Below are positions 8,324 through 16,571 of a stretch of 64,000 nt of DNA, piece after piece (within the stretch, counting starts at the first letter, position 1; every line of letters starts with the position of its first letter). The DNA lies in assembly GCF_056746865.1 (NCBI RefSeq), contig NZ_JBWKMP010000003.1; one strand, given 5' to 3'. The position numbers were made by a program, and so were the translations under genes. This stretch comes from a plasmid. The notes under the pieces are model-generated. The model worked only from the letters and a program-made list of their open reading frames with translations, ran no database searches and was not told the DNA's origin.

Positions 8324-9410
8324 AAACATCACCGAATTACCAGAGTGGAGAGAGCTGGTAAGCAAATATAGCCATGACTGGGCATTAGCAGCAGAAGAGT
8401 TGATGGGTGTTAAGTTAACCCACCAGCAAAAGCTAATTGTTGAGGCGATTCAACAAAAAGGTTCAGCAGTCAGCGTCACCACTCCTGAAGGGATAGGCCA
8501 AAAGACGGTTATCGCTATAATTAGTATTCTTTATACAATCCTGATGCCTGAGTCTAAAACGGTTATTGTTTCCCCAAAGTTCTATAATTGTCGCAGGCAA
8601 GTTATCCAATACATAAGTACGTATTGGGATAGAGTCAGTAACAGAATCCCATTGCTGGGAGAATATTTTAAAGTCGACGGAAACGGCATCAATCATCGTT
8701 ACCGGGAATATTGGGGCTGCGAAATTAAGCCATATCACCGAAATTATGAGGAAGGTTTCGGTGGATATTATGCTGAACATCTTTTAATCATTGTTACGGA
8801 GGCGGCTCTTGCTGGCGATCGGCTATTCAGCATGTTAAGAGCATCGTTAGTAAGTGACGATTCACGTATACTTTTAATGTCCGCTCCTTCAGAGGAGGAG
8901 CATGGACACTTTTACGATTCCCATCATGGTCGTGCAAAATCAGAAGAAAATCCATGTGGTATTTATACAGCCATCAAGCTGAACGCAGAAGATACCCCCA
9001 TTATTTCACAAGGTTATCTTGATAACATTGCAGAAATATATGGTGGTAAAAACAGCGATTACTACCGTCGCATGATTCTTGGTGAGTTTCCAGGTATTAG
9101 GGAGGCTGTTCTTGAATCAGATATGCCGAAAACAATGCGCTTTTCGATGCCTGATGGTAGTGAATGGATAATGCCATTACGAGTGATAGCCCGGCATCAT
9201 GCACAGCACCACGCCAAAAAACATGGCGTTACAACATTGGAGTGGTTGAAATCGCACACCATTCCACTCTTCACTGCAGATCACAATGCTATCGTTGAGT
9301 GGGCAAAAACAATTCCGTGGGAGAATGTCGCTGAATACGCCCACATGCTAAAACCGCCGAAAGACAGGCAAGAAATTAGCTGGCTGACAGCAGAAAAAAT
9401 CATTGAGTGA
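8304..9410 (+). CDS. paralog of the terminase large-subunit ATPase domain (degenerate Walker motifs, no nuclease domain)
   Basis: Residues 1-270 are colinear with PacB residues 20-280 (THQQKLIVEAIQ vs SHQQQQIIQSVQ; HFYDSHHGRAKSEENP vs [16 protein letters not shown]; GEFP vs GQFP). The P-loop is EGIGQKT and Walker B is LLIIVTEAA. The C-terminal 95 aa are unrelated to PacB. Confidence 0.6.
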   Translation: MLMLTPKNITELPEWRELVSKYSHDWALAAEELMGVKLTHQQKLIVEAIQQKGSAVSVTTPEGIGQKTVIAIISILYTILMPESKTVIVSPKFYNCRRQVIQYISTYWDRVSNRIPLLGEYFKVDGNGINHRYREYWGCEIKPYHRNYEEGFGGYYAEHLLIIVTEAALAGDRLFSMLRASLVSDDSRILLMSAPSEEEHGHFYDSHHGRAKSEENPCGIYTAIKLNAEDTPIISQGYLDNIAEIYGGKNSDYYRRMILGEFPGIREAVLESDMPKTMRFSMPDGSEWIMPLRVIARHHAQHHAKKHGVTTLEWLKSHTIPLFTADHNAIVEWAKTIPWENVAEYAHMLKPPKDRQEISWLTAEKIIE

Positions 9411-9417
9411 TAGTAGG

Positions 9418-9446
9418 AAGCCCGCCTGGTTGAGCGGGCTTCTTTT
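9418..9446. terminator. bidirectional terminator between 8304-9410 and doc
   Basis: GAAGCCCGC (9418-9426) pairs with GCGGGCTTC (9434-9442), followed by TTTTC. Confidence 0.7.
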
Positions 9447-9826
9447 CAAATATTGGAACCATATAGTTCACGTAGTTTATCCGCTACTGAAGATACGGGG
9501 ATTTCACCAGTTGCAGCCCCCACCGCAAGTTCCACCAGCACGGGAGAATCATATACCTGTATACCGTTACGGCGTAGAAATAGCAGCGCACTGTTTAGCG
9601 CGGTACGCTTATTGGCATCATTGAATATATGCCCTCTCGCTGTAGCCACCAGGTAGGTGGCGGAGACTTCGAAAAGGTCGGTGATCTCTTCGTAGGCAAC
9701 TCTGGCCTGAACTCTCCCGATAATGGCCTCTGCCCTGCCCGGATCTGACATGCCAGGCAGGCCGCCGTAGCGGCTTATATTCGCATCATGAAGCGCAATA
9801 AGTTCTTCCGGTGATATATGCCTCAT
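9446..9826 (-). CDS. doc: Doc toxin (Fic-fold kinase) of the phd-doc addiction module
   Basis: 126 aa. [22 protein letters not shown]... with the Doc-type Fic motif [12 protein letters not shown]. Matches P1 Doc as I recall it, apart from the C-terminal ~25 aa. Confidence 0.93.
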
Positions 9827-10047
9827 TATCGGTTAACCAGTTCCTTGTTGGTGGAGTCCAGGGTGTCAAACAGGGATGCAAATTCAGCATCCAGCGCCGC
9901 TTTTTTGTAGGCTTCGAAAGTAGCCTTGCTGACAATTACTGCTGGCTCACGGCCTCTGCGGGTGATTTCAACCTCTTCCCCGGCTTCAACATTGTTGAGC
10001 ACTTCAGAAAGGTTGCCACGCGCGGTACGGAAGTTAATGGATTGCAT
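9826..10047 (-). CDS. phd: Phd antitoxin
   Basis: 73 aa from [40 protein letters not shown]..., as in P1 Phd. The stop overlaps the doc start. Confidence 0.93.
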
Positions 10048-10119
10048 AAACACCTCGTGTACTCGTTATGTGTACACAATTATAAACTTCACAGGCATAA
10101 AGCACCAGCACTTTGCAGC

Positions 10120-10509
10120 TTAAATAACCGGACAATCATCAAATTCCCCACTTCGGGCATCATTGATGACATGAGTGATCACACCAAAAACAGCATTACT
10201 GCCCGTGTATCCATCGTCATCTACTGGTAACGCCTCTTTCTTCCCGGTGCTTAAGTCCTCCAGGTGCTGGCGCGGATACTTCCTGTATCTCTTTATGCGA
10301 TATTCACCCTCCATAGCGCACACAAGCAGAGAACCATCAACCGGAGTAAGCGAGGAATCAACCACCAGCAAAGCACCCTGCAATATTCCCTCACGGTGAT
10401 GGCTATCAGCTGCCCGCATGAAGTAGGTCGCTGAAGGATGTCTAATTATCTGCTGATCAAGAGAAATTCGGCTTTCAACATAATCCGCCGCAGGAGAAGG
10501 GAAGCCCAT
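10120..10509 (-). CDS. humD: UmuD'-like protein (P1 HumD homolog)
   Basis: 129 aa starting MGFPSPAADYVE, i.e. already at the position of cleaved UmuD'. S24 peptidase fold. A LexA box lies 19 nt upstream. Confidence 0.88.
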   Translation of the reverse strand: MGFPSPAADYVESRISLDQQIIRHPSATYFMRAADSHHREGILQGALLVVDSSLTPVDGSLLVCAMEGEYRIKRYRKYPRQHLEDLSTGKKEALPVDDDGYTGSNAVFGVITHVINDARSGEFDDCPVI

Positions 10510-10527
10510 AGCGTTTTACCTCAATGA

Positions 10528-10547
10528 TACTGTTTATTCATACAGTA
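10528..10547. promoter_or_regulatory. LexA (SOS) box
   Basis: TACTGTTTATTCATACAGTA fits the consensus TACTG-N10-CAGTA. Lies just upstream of humD. Confidence 0.8.
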
Positions 10548-10632
10548 TACATTGAAAAGGCATAGTTTGTGAAAGCGGGGTTTGTAGGCGCGCCACGCTG
10601 GGGGCTAATCACATTTCTCCCCCATCTTGCCG

Positions 10633-10884
10633 TTATTTTTTTGGTGCATCCTCGTTCTGATACACCGGATCGCTCCCTTTTGGCAACTGGAGGCTTAACT
10701 GCCGATAGTGCCGTAACCGTTCCATGAAATAGGTGCGCAGATTCTCTGGTTGCTCGCGGGCTACCTGTTCAGCTATGACAGGTATGTTCAATCGCTCTTT
10801 GTACGCCACACCGCTGGCAGCCAGATCAACGTTAACCTTATCCCGTTCTTCCTGACTTTTAGCTGCAATATTCCAGTCGCTCAT
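10633..10884 (-). CDS. hot: homolog of DNA polymerase III theta subunit (P1 Hot)
   Basis: 83 aa. [43 protein letters not shown] parallels E. coli HolE ([39 protein letters not shown]). Confidence 0.85.
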   Translation of the reverse strand: MSDWNIAAKSQEERDKVNVDLAASGVAYKERLNIPVIAEQVAREQPENLRTYFMERLRHYRQLSLQLPKGSDPVYQNEDAPKK

Positions 10885-10886
10885 AT

Positions 10887-11159
10887 TTAAGGCTCACATT
10901 TCCAGATGGTATTCTGAACACCCGAACCGGGCGCAAGATTAGGGTTGGCGTTCGCGCTATGCTGATATACTGCTTTAGACTTCCCATATTGCTGACAGGC
11001 TTTATCTGCGGTTTTTTGCAGGCTATCCAGGCCATACCAACCATCTGACTGTATGCTTACCTTTTCACCGTCGTTGTATTGCACCATTGCACACCCAGAT
11101 ATAGCCAGTATCGCACCGACAATAACGCTTTTCCATAAAACTCTATGCAACATATACAA
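10887..11159 (-). CDS. putative lipoprotein
   Basis: 90 aa. Signal peptide plus lipobox ([12 protein letters not shown]). Confidence 0.6.
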   Translation of the reverse strand: MYMLHRVLWKSVIVGAILAISGCAMVQYNDGEKVSIQSDGWYGLDSLQKTADKACQQYGKSKAVYQHSANANPNLAPGSGVQNTIWKCEP

Positions 11160-11198
11160 AAATCCCCTCTGTGAATTGAGGGGATTTTAGCATGGTGA

Positions 11199-11834
11199 TC
11201 AGATATCGGCCTTATTCGGAATTTTATCAGCCACCAGCGGCAATAAAGCCTTCGCCATTTCATGAACCAACATGGCATCAATGACGCCTAGCGTATGGCC
11301 CGGTTTAATGTTTAATGCCGCCTCAAGATGACTCCTTTCCAGGCCGCTTTTCTCGGCTTGTTTATGACGATCTGGTGTAATAACTTCGCCCAAAACGCGG
11401 CTAATTTTTTCTCGTAATTGCTGGGTGCCAGCACACTTGATCGCTGTATCGTGGAGACGGTTAACCAGTTCGCGATAAACATGCGGCTTAATGCGGATAC
11501 GTTCACCGGTGACGCCCTTTCCTGGCGCTGGCACCGAACTATCCGGATAGTTGCCAGCCTCGTAAGCTACCCGCAGCCAGTGCATGAATGTTTCAGTGGA
11601 CACACAACCACAGTCCACATCGATTTTTCCGCGTTGCTGTTCCAGCCACTGCTCAAAATTCAATCTACACGTATTACTTTCATGTTGCTCTTTTTGTCTC
11701 AAGGCCAGCATCTGCTGGGCTATTTCCAATACTTCATCTGCCGTATATCCAGCACCGTGACCATACATTTCGATACGGGAAATAATCTCTGATATACGCT
11801 CTTCAGTGATTCTGGTCATTTCTTTTTGCGCCAT
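11199..11834 (-). CDS. hypothetical protein (shares a module with 23758-24369)
   Basis: 211 aa. KPHVYRELVNRLHDTAIKCAGTQQLREKI aligns with APHIYRELVNALRDIAAVYHGTEQLRERL of the DUF4406-like protein. Confidence 0.6.
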   Translation of the reverse strand: MAQKEMTRITEERISEIISRIEMYGHGAGYTADEVLEIAQQMLALRQKEQHESNTCRLNFEQWLEQQRGKIDVDCGCVSTETFMHWLRVAYEAGNYPDSSVPAPGKGVTGERIRIKPHVYRELVNRLHDTAIKCAGTQQLREKISRVLGEVITPDRHKQAEKSGLERSHLEAALNIKPGHTLGVIDAMLVHEMAKALLPLVADKIPNKADI

Positions 11835-12187
11835 TTCTTTTCACATTCCTTAGTCCATTTTTCAATGTTCATTTTGGCAATATCAGTCATTCCATCACCT
11901 AAGAAATACTTTTTCCGGTATGTCTTGCACTTAAACCACACTACAACAGCCACCAGCCAGAAAATAAAAGGCCATACAGCAATACCAACGACAGCCGCGA
12001 TAAAGCCCAATAGCCATAAATGAAGCTCTCCAACTTCTGTTTCCGGCAATATTCTTAAAGAATTAAACAGCAGGCTGAACGAATGGTCGTATGCATTGGC
12101 GGTATAAGACATGCAATCCATATAATTAAAGTCATAGCCTGCGGCTGCCGCCCATAATGGGCGGTCAAGAAAATGTTTTAGTGTCAT
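11816..12187 (-). CDS. membrane protein
   Basis: 123 aa. Hydrophobic core LWLLGFIAAVVGIAVWPFIFWLVAVVVWF. Confidence 0.55.
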   Translation of the reverse strand: MTLKHFLDRPLWAAAAGYDFNYMDCMSYTANAYDHSFSLLFNSLRILPETEVGELHLWLLGFIAAVVGIAVWPFIFWLVAVVVWFKCKTYRKKYFLGDGMTDIAKMNIEKWTKECEKKWRKKK

Positions 12188-12196
12188 TATATAAAT

Positions 12197-12490
12197 TTAA
12201 GGTTCAGACCAGTTATCTTCAATAGCAATGCTTAATCTTTGTAGCCATTCTGCTAATTTCAGCATTGCTTCTCTTTCGCTTAAACCACGAGGAAAATCAT
12301 CAAGCGAAATTGTTGGCTTGAATCCCCCGCAATTATCCATTTCAACTGTCAGATTTTGTTCCAGCACGGTATTTCTTACGCGGCTATTGTGCCGAAGCAA
12401 ATATACTGAGCGTGATTTATTGGTTTTGTGGTCTAGCTTATATTCGGTAAGTATCATCTGGCTTTTGCCATGATTATTACCTCTCCACAT
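12197..12490 (-). CDS. hypothetical protein
   Basis: 97 aa from ATG 12490 (GAGGT Shine-Dalgarno upstream). The longer track ORF (to 12586) runs through an upstream small gene in another frame. Confidence 0.5.
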   Translation of the reverse strand: MWRGNNHGKSQMILTEYKLDHKTNKSRSVYLLRHNSRVRNTVLEQNLTVEMDNCGGFKPTISLDDFPRGLSEREAMLKLAEWLQRLSIAIEDNWSEP

Positions 12491-12497
12491 ACTTACC

Positions 12498-12620
12498 TCA
12501 CTTAATAAAACAACTCCATGCGTAGTTGATGATTTTTTCCCACGTAATATAAATCTGCACTCCGGCAGTAAAACCAAAGCCAACAATTGCTGAAAAAATC
12601 AAAACATTTACTTTTGACAT
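12498..12620 (-). CDS. small membrane protein (40 aa, below the ORF-track cutoff)
   Basis: MSKVNVLIFSAIVGFGFTAGVQIYITWEKIINYAWSCFIK. The stop lies 7 nt before the next ATG. Confidence 0.35.
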   Translation of the reverse strand: MSKVNVLIFSAIVGFGFTAGVQIYITWEKIINYAWSCFIK

Positions 12621-12668
12621 TATAAATTTTCTCTCGGTGTCGTAGGTGATAGCACCATAATTGATAAT

Positions 12669-12902
12669 TTAGTGAGTTAGCAGTTCCATTTTTTTGATGA
12701 TTTCCGCATGAGCATCATCGTTATCAACACTTAGCTCGTTTAATGCTTCTCGCACTACATCAACTTCTTCAGGCTGAAAGAAGTCGTCGCGGTAATCACC
12801 AAATAGAACCGAAACCAGCCTGCCACCAGCAACATCAAGATTGGCGCTAACAGGTGGCTCTTTGCCATCCTCAAATTCGACTACAAAAGTTAATTTTCCC
12901 AT
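12669..12902 (-). CDS. hypothetical protein
   Basis: 77-aa acidic ORF with a GGGGT Shine-Dalgarno. Confidence 0.55.
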   Translation of the reverse strand: MGKLTFVVEFEDGKEPPVSANLDVAGGRLVSVLFGDYRDDFFQPEEVDVVREALNELSVDNDDAHAEIIKKMELLTH

Positions 12903-12978
12903 CGTTACCCCCAGAAGATAAAAATAGCGGCAATCGCCATAGCTACGCCTACAATCGCAAATGCTTCAGGCCAGCTTA

Positions 12979-13239
12979 TTACCTCACCTCCAGTCTCCAT
13001 ACCGCCTGACCAATCCGGCTGGCATGGGTATCTTTGGATACTGTTCCATCTTTAGCCAGCTCCATAAGAATTTTGCGCAAATCTGCCGAACGCCATTCTT
13101 CATCAGGAAATTCCTTCTCCATTGCCAACCGCAGATTCCAGGTTGCTATCGTGAATGGATATTCCCCGCCGAGAGCTTTCTCTTGCAGGGCAGCACGGGA
13201 ACGTATCACCTGCAAAACCTTCTCTTTTACATCCATCAT
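12979..13239 (-). CDS. hypothetical protein
   Basis: 86 aa from MMDVKEK. The ATG overlaps the upstream stop (ATGA). Confidence 0.55.
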   Translation of the reverse strand: MMDVKEKVLQVIRSRAALQEKALGGEYPFTIATWNLRLAMEKEFPDEEWRSADLRKILMELAKDGTVSKDTHASRIGQAVWRLEVR

Positions 13240-13934
13240 TTTGCCTCCTGCGGCGGTTCTGGTAGCGGCATCCAGTGTGATGGTATCCACGACGCACCAG
13301 GTATTACCCACCCATCATTAGCGTCAGGATGCCCCGGGATGTAAGTCGCCCATTTCATTCGCCAGTCACCTTTCCTGTCAAACTCCCTGGCAACAAGAAC
13401 GGCTGTTTTGGTATCCGGCATTCGCTCACTACAGCTTATCCAACTATCCGGAATTACCGGATAGTTGCCCGACAGCTTGTTCAACTTGTAAGTCTGGCTT
13501 ACAGGTTTGGCACCATGAAGCATGGCGTCGCTCCGCTCTATGCCATCCAGCGCGATTCGCAGTGCCTGAATTGTGGTAGAGCTATCGTTTGGGGCTATTC
13601 CATATCGCTCGAATACAGCTAAATGGTTGCGCATAATCTCAGGCGTAAGCTCTTTGTAAGCATAAGCAAGAGACTCTGATGCATTATCCGGCACAACCGA
13701 CGCAAGCGCGGCAGCATAAACAGGAATAACGTCCACTTGCTCTTTATTGCTTTCATCCGTTAAAGCCCAGAATAATTTCCCGGCCGGATGTTTGAAAATA
13801 TAAGCAATTGGTTCTGCTTCCAGCGATGCCAGAGCAATTTCATACGACCGTCGCTCAATATTGTCTCGCACGTCCAGGCTGCTGATACGCTCTTTGATTT
13901 CTTTAATCAGTTCTTTGTCGGTTAAAGTGGTCAT
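13236..13934 (-). CDS. DUF551-domain protein
   Basis: 232 aa. The C-terminus (WISCSERMPD...IPSHWMPLPEPPQE) fits the DUF551 signature. Confidence 0.65.
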   Translation of the reverse strand: MTTLTDKELIKEIKERISSLDVRDNIERRSYEIALASLEAEPIAYIFKHPAGKLFWALTDESNKEQVDVIPVYAAALASVVPDNASESLAYAYKELTPEIMRNHLAVFERYGIAPNDSSTTIQALRIALDGIERSDAMLHGAKPVSQTYKLNKLSGNYPVIPDSWISCSERMPDTKTAVLVAREFDRKGDWRMKWATYIPGHPDANDGWVIPGASWIPSHWMPLPEPPQEAK

Positions 13935-13944
13935 AAATTATGCC

Positions 13945-14181
13945 TCAGTTGTATCCGATTGGATTAACCGCAACAAGAACGCCATCCGCGAACAAATCTT
14001 TAATGAGGTGTTCGCTCGGCTCGCCTTTTTCGTACTCTTCAATAAGGTAAGTGTCTCCATCTTCATTGATATAAACAGGAAGGATGGAGCCGTTGATAAA
14101 GTAGGTTCCGTTGTTATCGAGGATTTTTGCCTCGGCGATTTGTTTTTTGGTAAAACGCTCTTCTTTTGTCAAAGTTGCCAT
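13945..14181 (-). CDS. hypothetical protein
   Basis: 78 aa from MATLTKEE, with an AAGGA Shine-Dalgarno. The start lies 1 nt after the upstream stop. Confidence 0.5.
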   Translation of the reverse strand: MATLTKEERFTKKQIAEAKILDNNGTYFINGSILPVYINEDGDTYLIEEYEKGEPSEHLIKDLFADGVLVAVNPIGYN

Positions 14182-14182
14182 A

Positions 14183-14401
14183 TCAGCTTTCCTTATATGG
14201 GTTGATTTTGTTGTGCAATGTGTTGAACGACGCCCATACCACGTCGTTATACAATTCAATAACTGGCTCAATTATTTTCCCGATTCCCCATACCAGAATT
14301 AACGGGGATATCGGTATCATCAACACGATAAACAGAATGAGAAACAGAAATTCTGTTATTCGGCTTCTTTGCGGATATTCTTTTCTGAATAATGTTGGCA
14401 C
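14183..14401 (-). CDS. small membrane protein
   Basis: 72 aa from a GTG preceded by AAGGAGAG. TM segment FLFLILFIVLMIPISPLILVWGIG. Confidence 0.45.
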   Translation of the reverse strand: MPTLFRKEYPQRSRITEFLFLILFIVLMIPISPLILVWGIGKIIEPVIELYNDVVWASFNTLHNKINPYKES

Positions 14402-14402
14402 A

Positions 14403-14624
14403 TCACTCTCCTTTGCCCGCAGCTTTCGCCTGCTCTTTAGCAAGTCGCTCCGCTTCTCTGAAATCCCAATCCACTCGATGTGCGATATCAATTGCAGAAC
14501 GCACGGTTCGTTCAATTAGCGTATCCAGGTTATCAATTGTCATTGCCATATCTGGATTTCGAGATAAAATCTCCGCCCTCTGAATCTGCCAGTTGTTACA
14601 GGTTTCAAGTAATGAGTTAGCCAT
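14403..14624 (-). CDS. hypothetical protein
   Basis: 73 aa from MANSLLETC, with an AAGGAGAG Shine-Dalgarno supplied by the upstream gene's 3' end. Confidence 0.55.
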   Translation of the reverse strand: MANSLLETCNNWQIQRAEILSRNPDMAMTIDNLDTLIERTVRSAIDIAHRVDWDFREAERLAKEQAKAAGKGE

Positions 14625-14625
14625 A

Positions 14626-14814
14626 TCACTCTCCTTTAGTGCGCAAGTGGTTTTTCCAGCGGTTTTGCGCCGCGCTGGGCTTTTTGCAAAAACCACAATC
14701 CATCATCCCGTAATATTTCATCAACCCCATCCGTCGGTTGCTGAGTCTCACCCACTGCCAGACGCCAGGAGCGTTTCTACGAACTAACAGAATCTTTGCT
14801 TTACGGTTTTTCAT
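14626..14814 (-). CDS. small basic protein (MKNRKAK family, copy 2)
   Basis: 62 aa. The start overlaps the stop of its paralog (ATGA). Confidence 0.5.
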   Translation of the reverse strand: MKNRKAKILLVRRNAPGVWQWVRLSNRRMGLMKYYGMMDCGFCKKPSAAQNRWKNHLRTKGE

Positions 14815-14987
14815 CTTACAGCGTACCCTTTCTTCCGCCTGTTCTGTGACGCAGTAGGCTTACGCTTTGCGGCAAAAGCCACCTGACCAAATGGATGGAG
14901 TACCGCTATCTTATGGTTGCTAATAACCAGCTCCACCACACGCACAGGTCGCTGTAAAAAAAGTCGTTTTGCCTTACGGTTTTTCAT
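14811..14987 (-). CDS. small basic protein (MKNRKAK family, copy 1; below the ORF-track cutoff)
   Basis: 58 aa: MKNRKAKRLFLQRPVRVVELVISNHKIAVLHPFGQVAFAAKRKPTASQNRRKKGYAVR. AGGAGAG Shine-Dalgarno. The 5' 25 nt are nearly identical to those of copy 2. Confidence 0.45.
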   Translation of the reverse strand: MKNRKAKRLFLQRPVRVVELVISNHKIAVLHPFGQVAFAAKRKPTASQNRRKKGYAVR

Positions 14988-15160
14988 CGCTTTGCTCTCC
15001 TGCGTCTCTTTGCTGCTCGTCGTGCCGCTGCAATACCGGTATGGCGGCGCTTTGGTGCCGGGATGATGTTGTCAGCCATCAGGACATACGGCTTTGCAAT
15101 TAGCGCAGAAGCCCAAAAACGAGTCGGGTACGGTAACAAGCCGATACATGCCACACGCAT
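14984..15160 (-). CDS. small arginine-rich protein (below the ORF-track cutoff)
   Basis: 58 aa, coupled at both ends (TAATG at 15160, ATGA at 14987). C-terminus AARRAAKRRRRAKR. Confidence 0.35.
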   Translation of the reverse strand: MRVACIGLLPYPTRFWASALIAKPYVLMADNIIPAPKRRHTGIAAARRAAKRRRRAKR

Positions 15161-15912
15161 TACTCACCTCCTTTGATGCGAATGCCTGCGGCGCGGATTG
15201 CAGCGATGACTTCAGAAACTTTGTATGCCATTACCGTTTGGTAATCATCGTGAAAATCTGTTCGATGAAGCATGCTGCTACGTTCCGGGAGCGATATTTC
15301 CCGAGCATCCAGTTCCTTAACGCGTTCCTCCAGTTCGTAGACCCTGCATTGTTCTCTATCATCAATCAGATATACCCCAAGACATTCGCTTTCTACCCAA
15401 CCGCCAAAATCATGATCGTAACGCTCACATGAAAACTCACCGTCACCGTCCTTTGTTGGAATGGTGTAACTATCTAATGGGCCACCATATGTCGGCACAT
15501 TTCCCAATGTTGGATGCTCAATCCACATGAAAAATGCACGTCCGGTTATTGGGCAAATATCTGGCCGCCATTGGTTACGAACAGCCTTGGTTTCGGATAA
15601 TTCTTCAGCGTGTTGTTTTACTTCCTCAAGCTCAACTCTCAGCTTCCCTACCGTTAGCGCAATATCCTCGTTCTCCTGATCGCGGCGTTTTATGTATTGC
15701 TGGTTTCTTTCCCGTTCATCCAGCAGCGCCAGCACGGTTTCTGGTCCGGTCAGAAATTTGAAGGCGTTGAGCGCATCAATATCCACACCGTAATCTTTAA
15801 GTTCCTGTTCACTTAACAAATCATCATCAGCTGGCAACATTAACAGGCGTTCCATTGCTGGAATTGCACGTTCCGCCGCCTCACGCAGTGCCTGGTAATT
15901 AATTTCGCTCAC
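15160..15912 (-). CDS. Ead/Ea22-like mosaic protein
   Basis: 250 aa. N-terminal INYQALREAAERA, coiled-coil module [36 protein letters not shown], tail [10 protein letters not shown]. Confidence 0.7.
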   Translation of the reverse strand: MSEINYQALREAAERAIPAMERLLMLPADDDLLSEQELKDYGVDIDALNAFKFLTGPETVLALLDERERNQQYIKRRDQENEDIALTVGKLRVELEEVKQHAEELSETKAVRNQWRPDICPITGRAFFMWIEHPTLGNVPTYGGPLDSYTIPTKDGDGEFSCERYDHDFGGWVESECLGVYLIDDREQCRVYELEERVKELDAREISLPERSSMLHRTDFHDDYQTVMAYKVSEVIAAIRAAGIRIKGGE

Positions 15913-16571
15913 TGGTTGCCTCCTTTGCGAAGCTGGGCAGCAAAGTCAACTAACCACTCAGTCATTTCAACCTTCCCTACCAGGTCGGAACCAGGGTGCA
16001 TACAGCAATCACTCTGCGCCGCTTTGAAATCCTTACACTCATATTCTTTGGCCACCAGATTTTTTGCAGCTTCTATAGCAGCATCCACCCCCTGCGCCCG
16101 CACTTCAGCCAGAAAAGCATCGGTAGCTGGAGTTTCGCTGTGGTGTAGGGCATCGTTGATAATCATTGCAGCAACACCAGCCTGCCCTGCATCCGTGACC
16201 GACACATGCTCAAGAGTTACGGCCATTGCGTGTTTCAGCCCAGCGTTCTCTGCCACCAGCGCAGCGATATTAGTCTCAAGCTCTGAAATTCGGCACGTGG
16301 CATCAATATTTGTGTCCTCCAAGCACTTAATTTCACCAAGCAGCTCCAGTGCAACCTTTGGGTTGAACGCGGCAACATGACGAGCGTTGTTCTCTGCATT
16401 TTTCTGTCCATCAAAGCCGGTCCATTTGATAACGTCTTCACATCGTTCATCACCGGGCGTGTGCACCGCATAAGTACCAGTATCCGTCGAAATAAATGCG
16501 ACCCATTCGTCTGGTGTTGCCTTTTCTGCCGCCTCACGCAGTACCTGATAGTCAATTGTCATTCTCGCCAT
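15909..16571 (-). CDS. Ead/Ea22-like mosaic protein
   Basis: 220 aa. [30 protein letters not shown], tail FAAQLRKGGNQ*. Confidence 0.7.
   Translation of the reverse strand: MARMTIDYQVLREAAEKATPDEWVAFISTDTGTYAVHTPGDERCEDVIKWTGFDGQKNAENNARHVAAFNPKVALELLGEIKCLEDTNIDATCRISELETNIAALVAENAGLKHAMAVTLEHVSVTDAGQAGVAAMIINDALHHSETPATDAFLAEVRAQGVDAAIEAAKNLVAKEYECKDFKAAQSDCCMHPGSDLVGKVEMTEWLVDFAAQLRKGGNQ

Noticed and set aside
8304-9410. Second large terminase gene
   Set aside because: It is homologous to the ATPase half only, the Walker A and B motifs are degraded, and the nuclease domain is missing. The functional terminase is 1460-2968. The paralog is reported as a finding instead.
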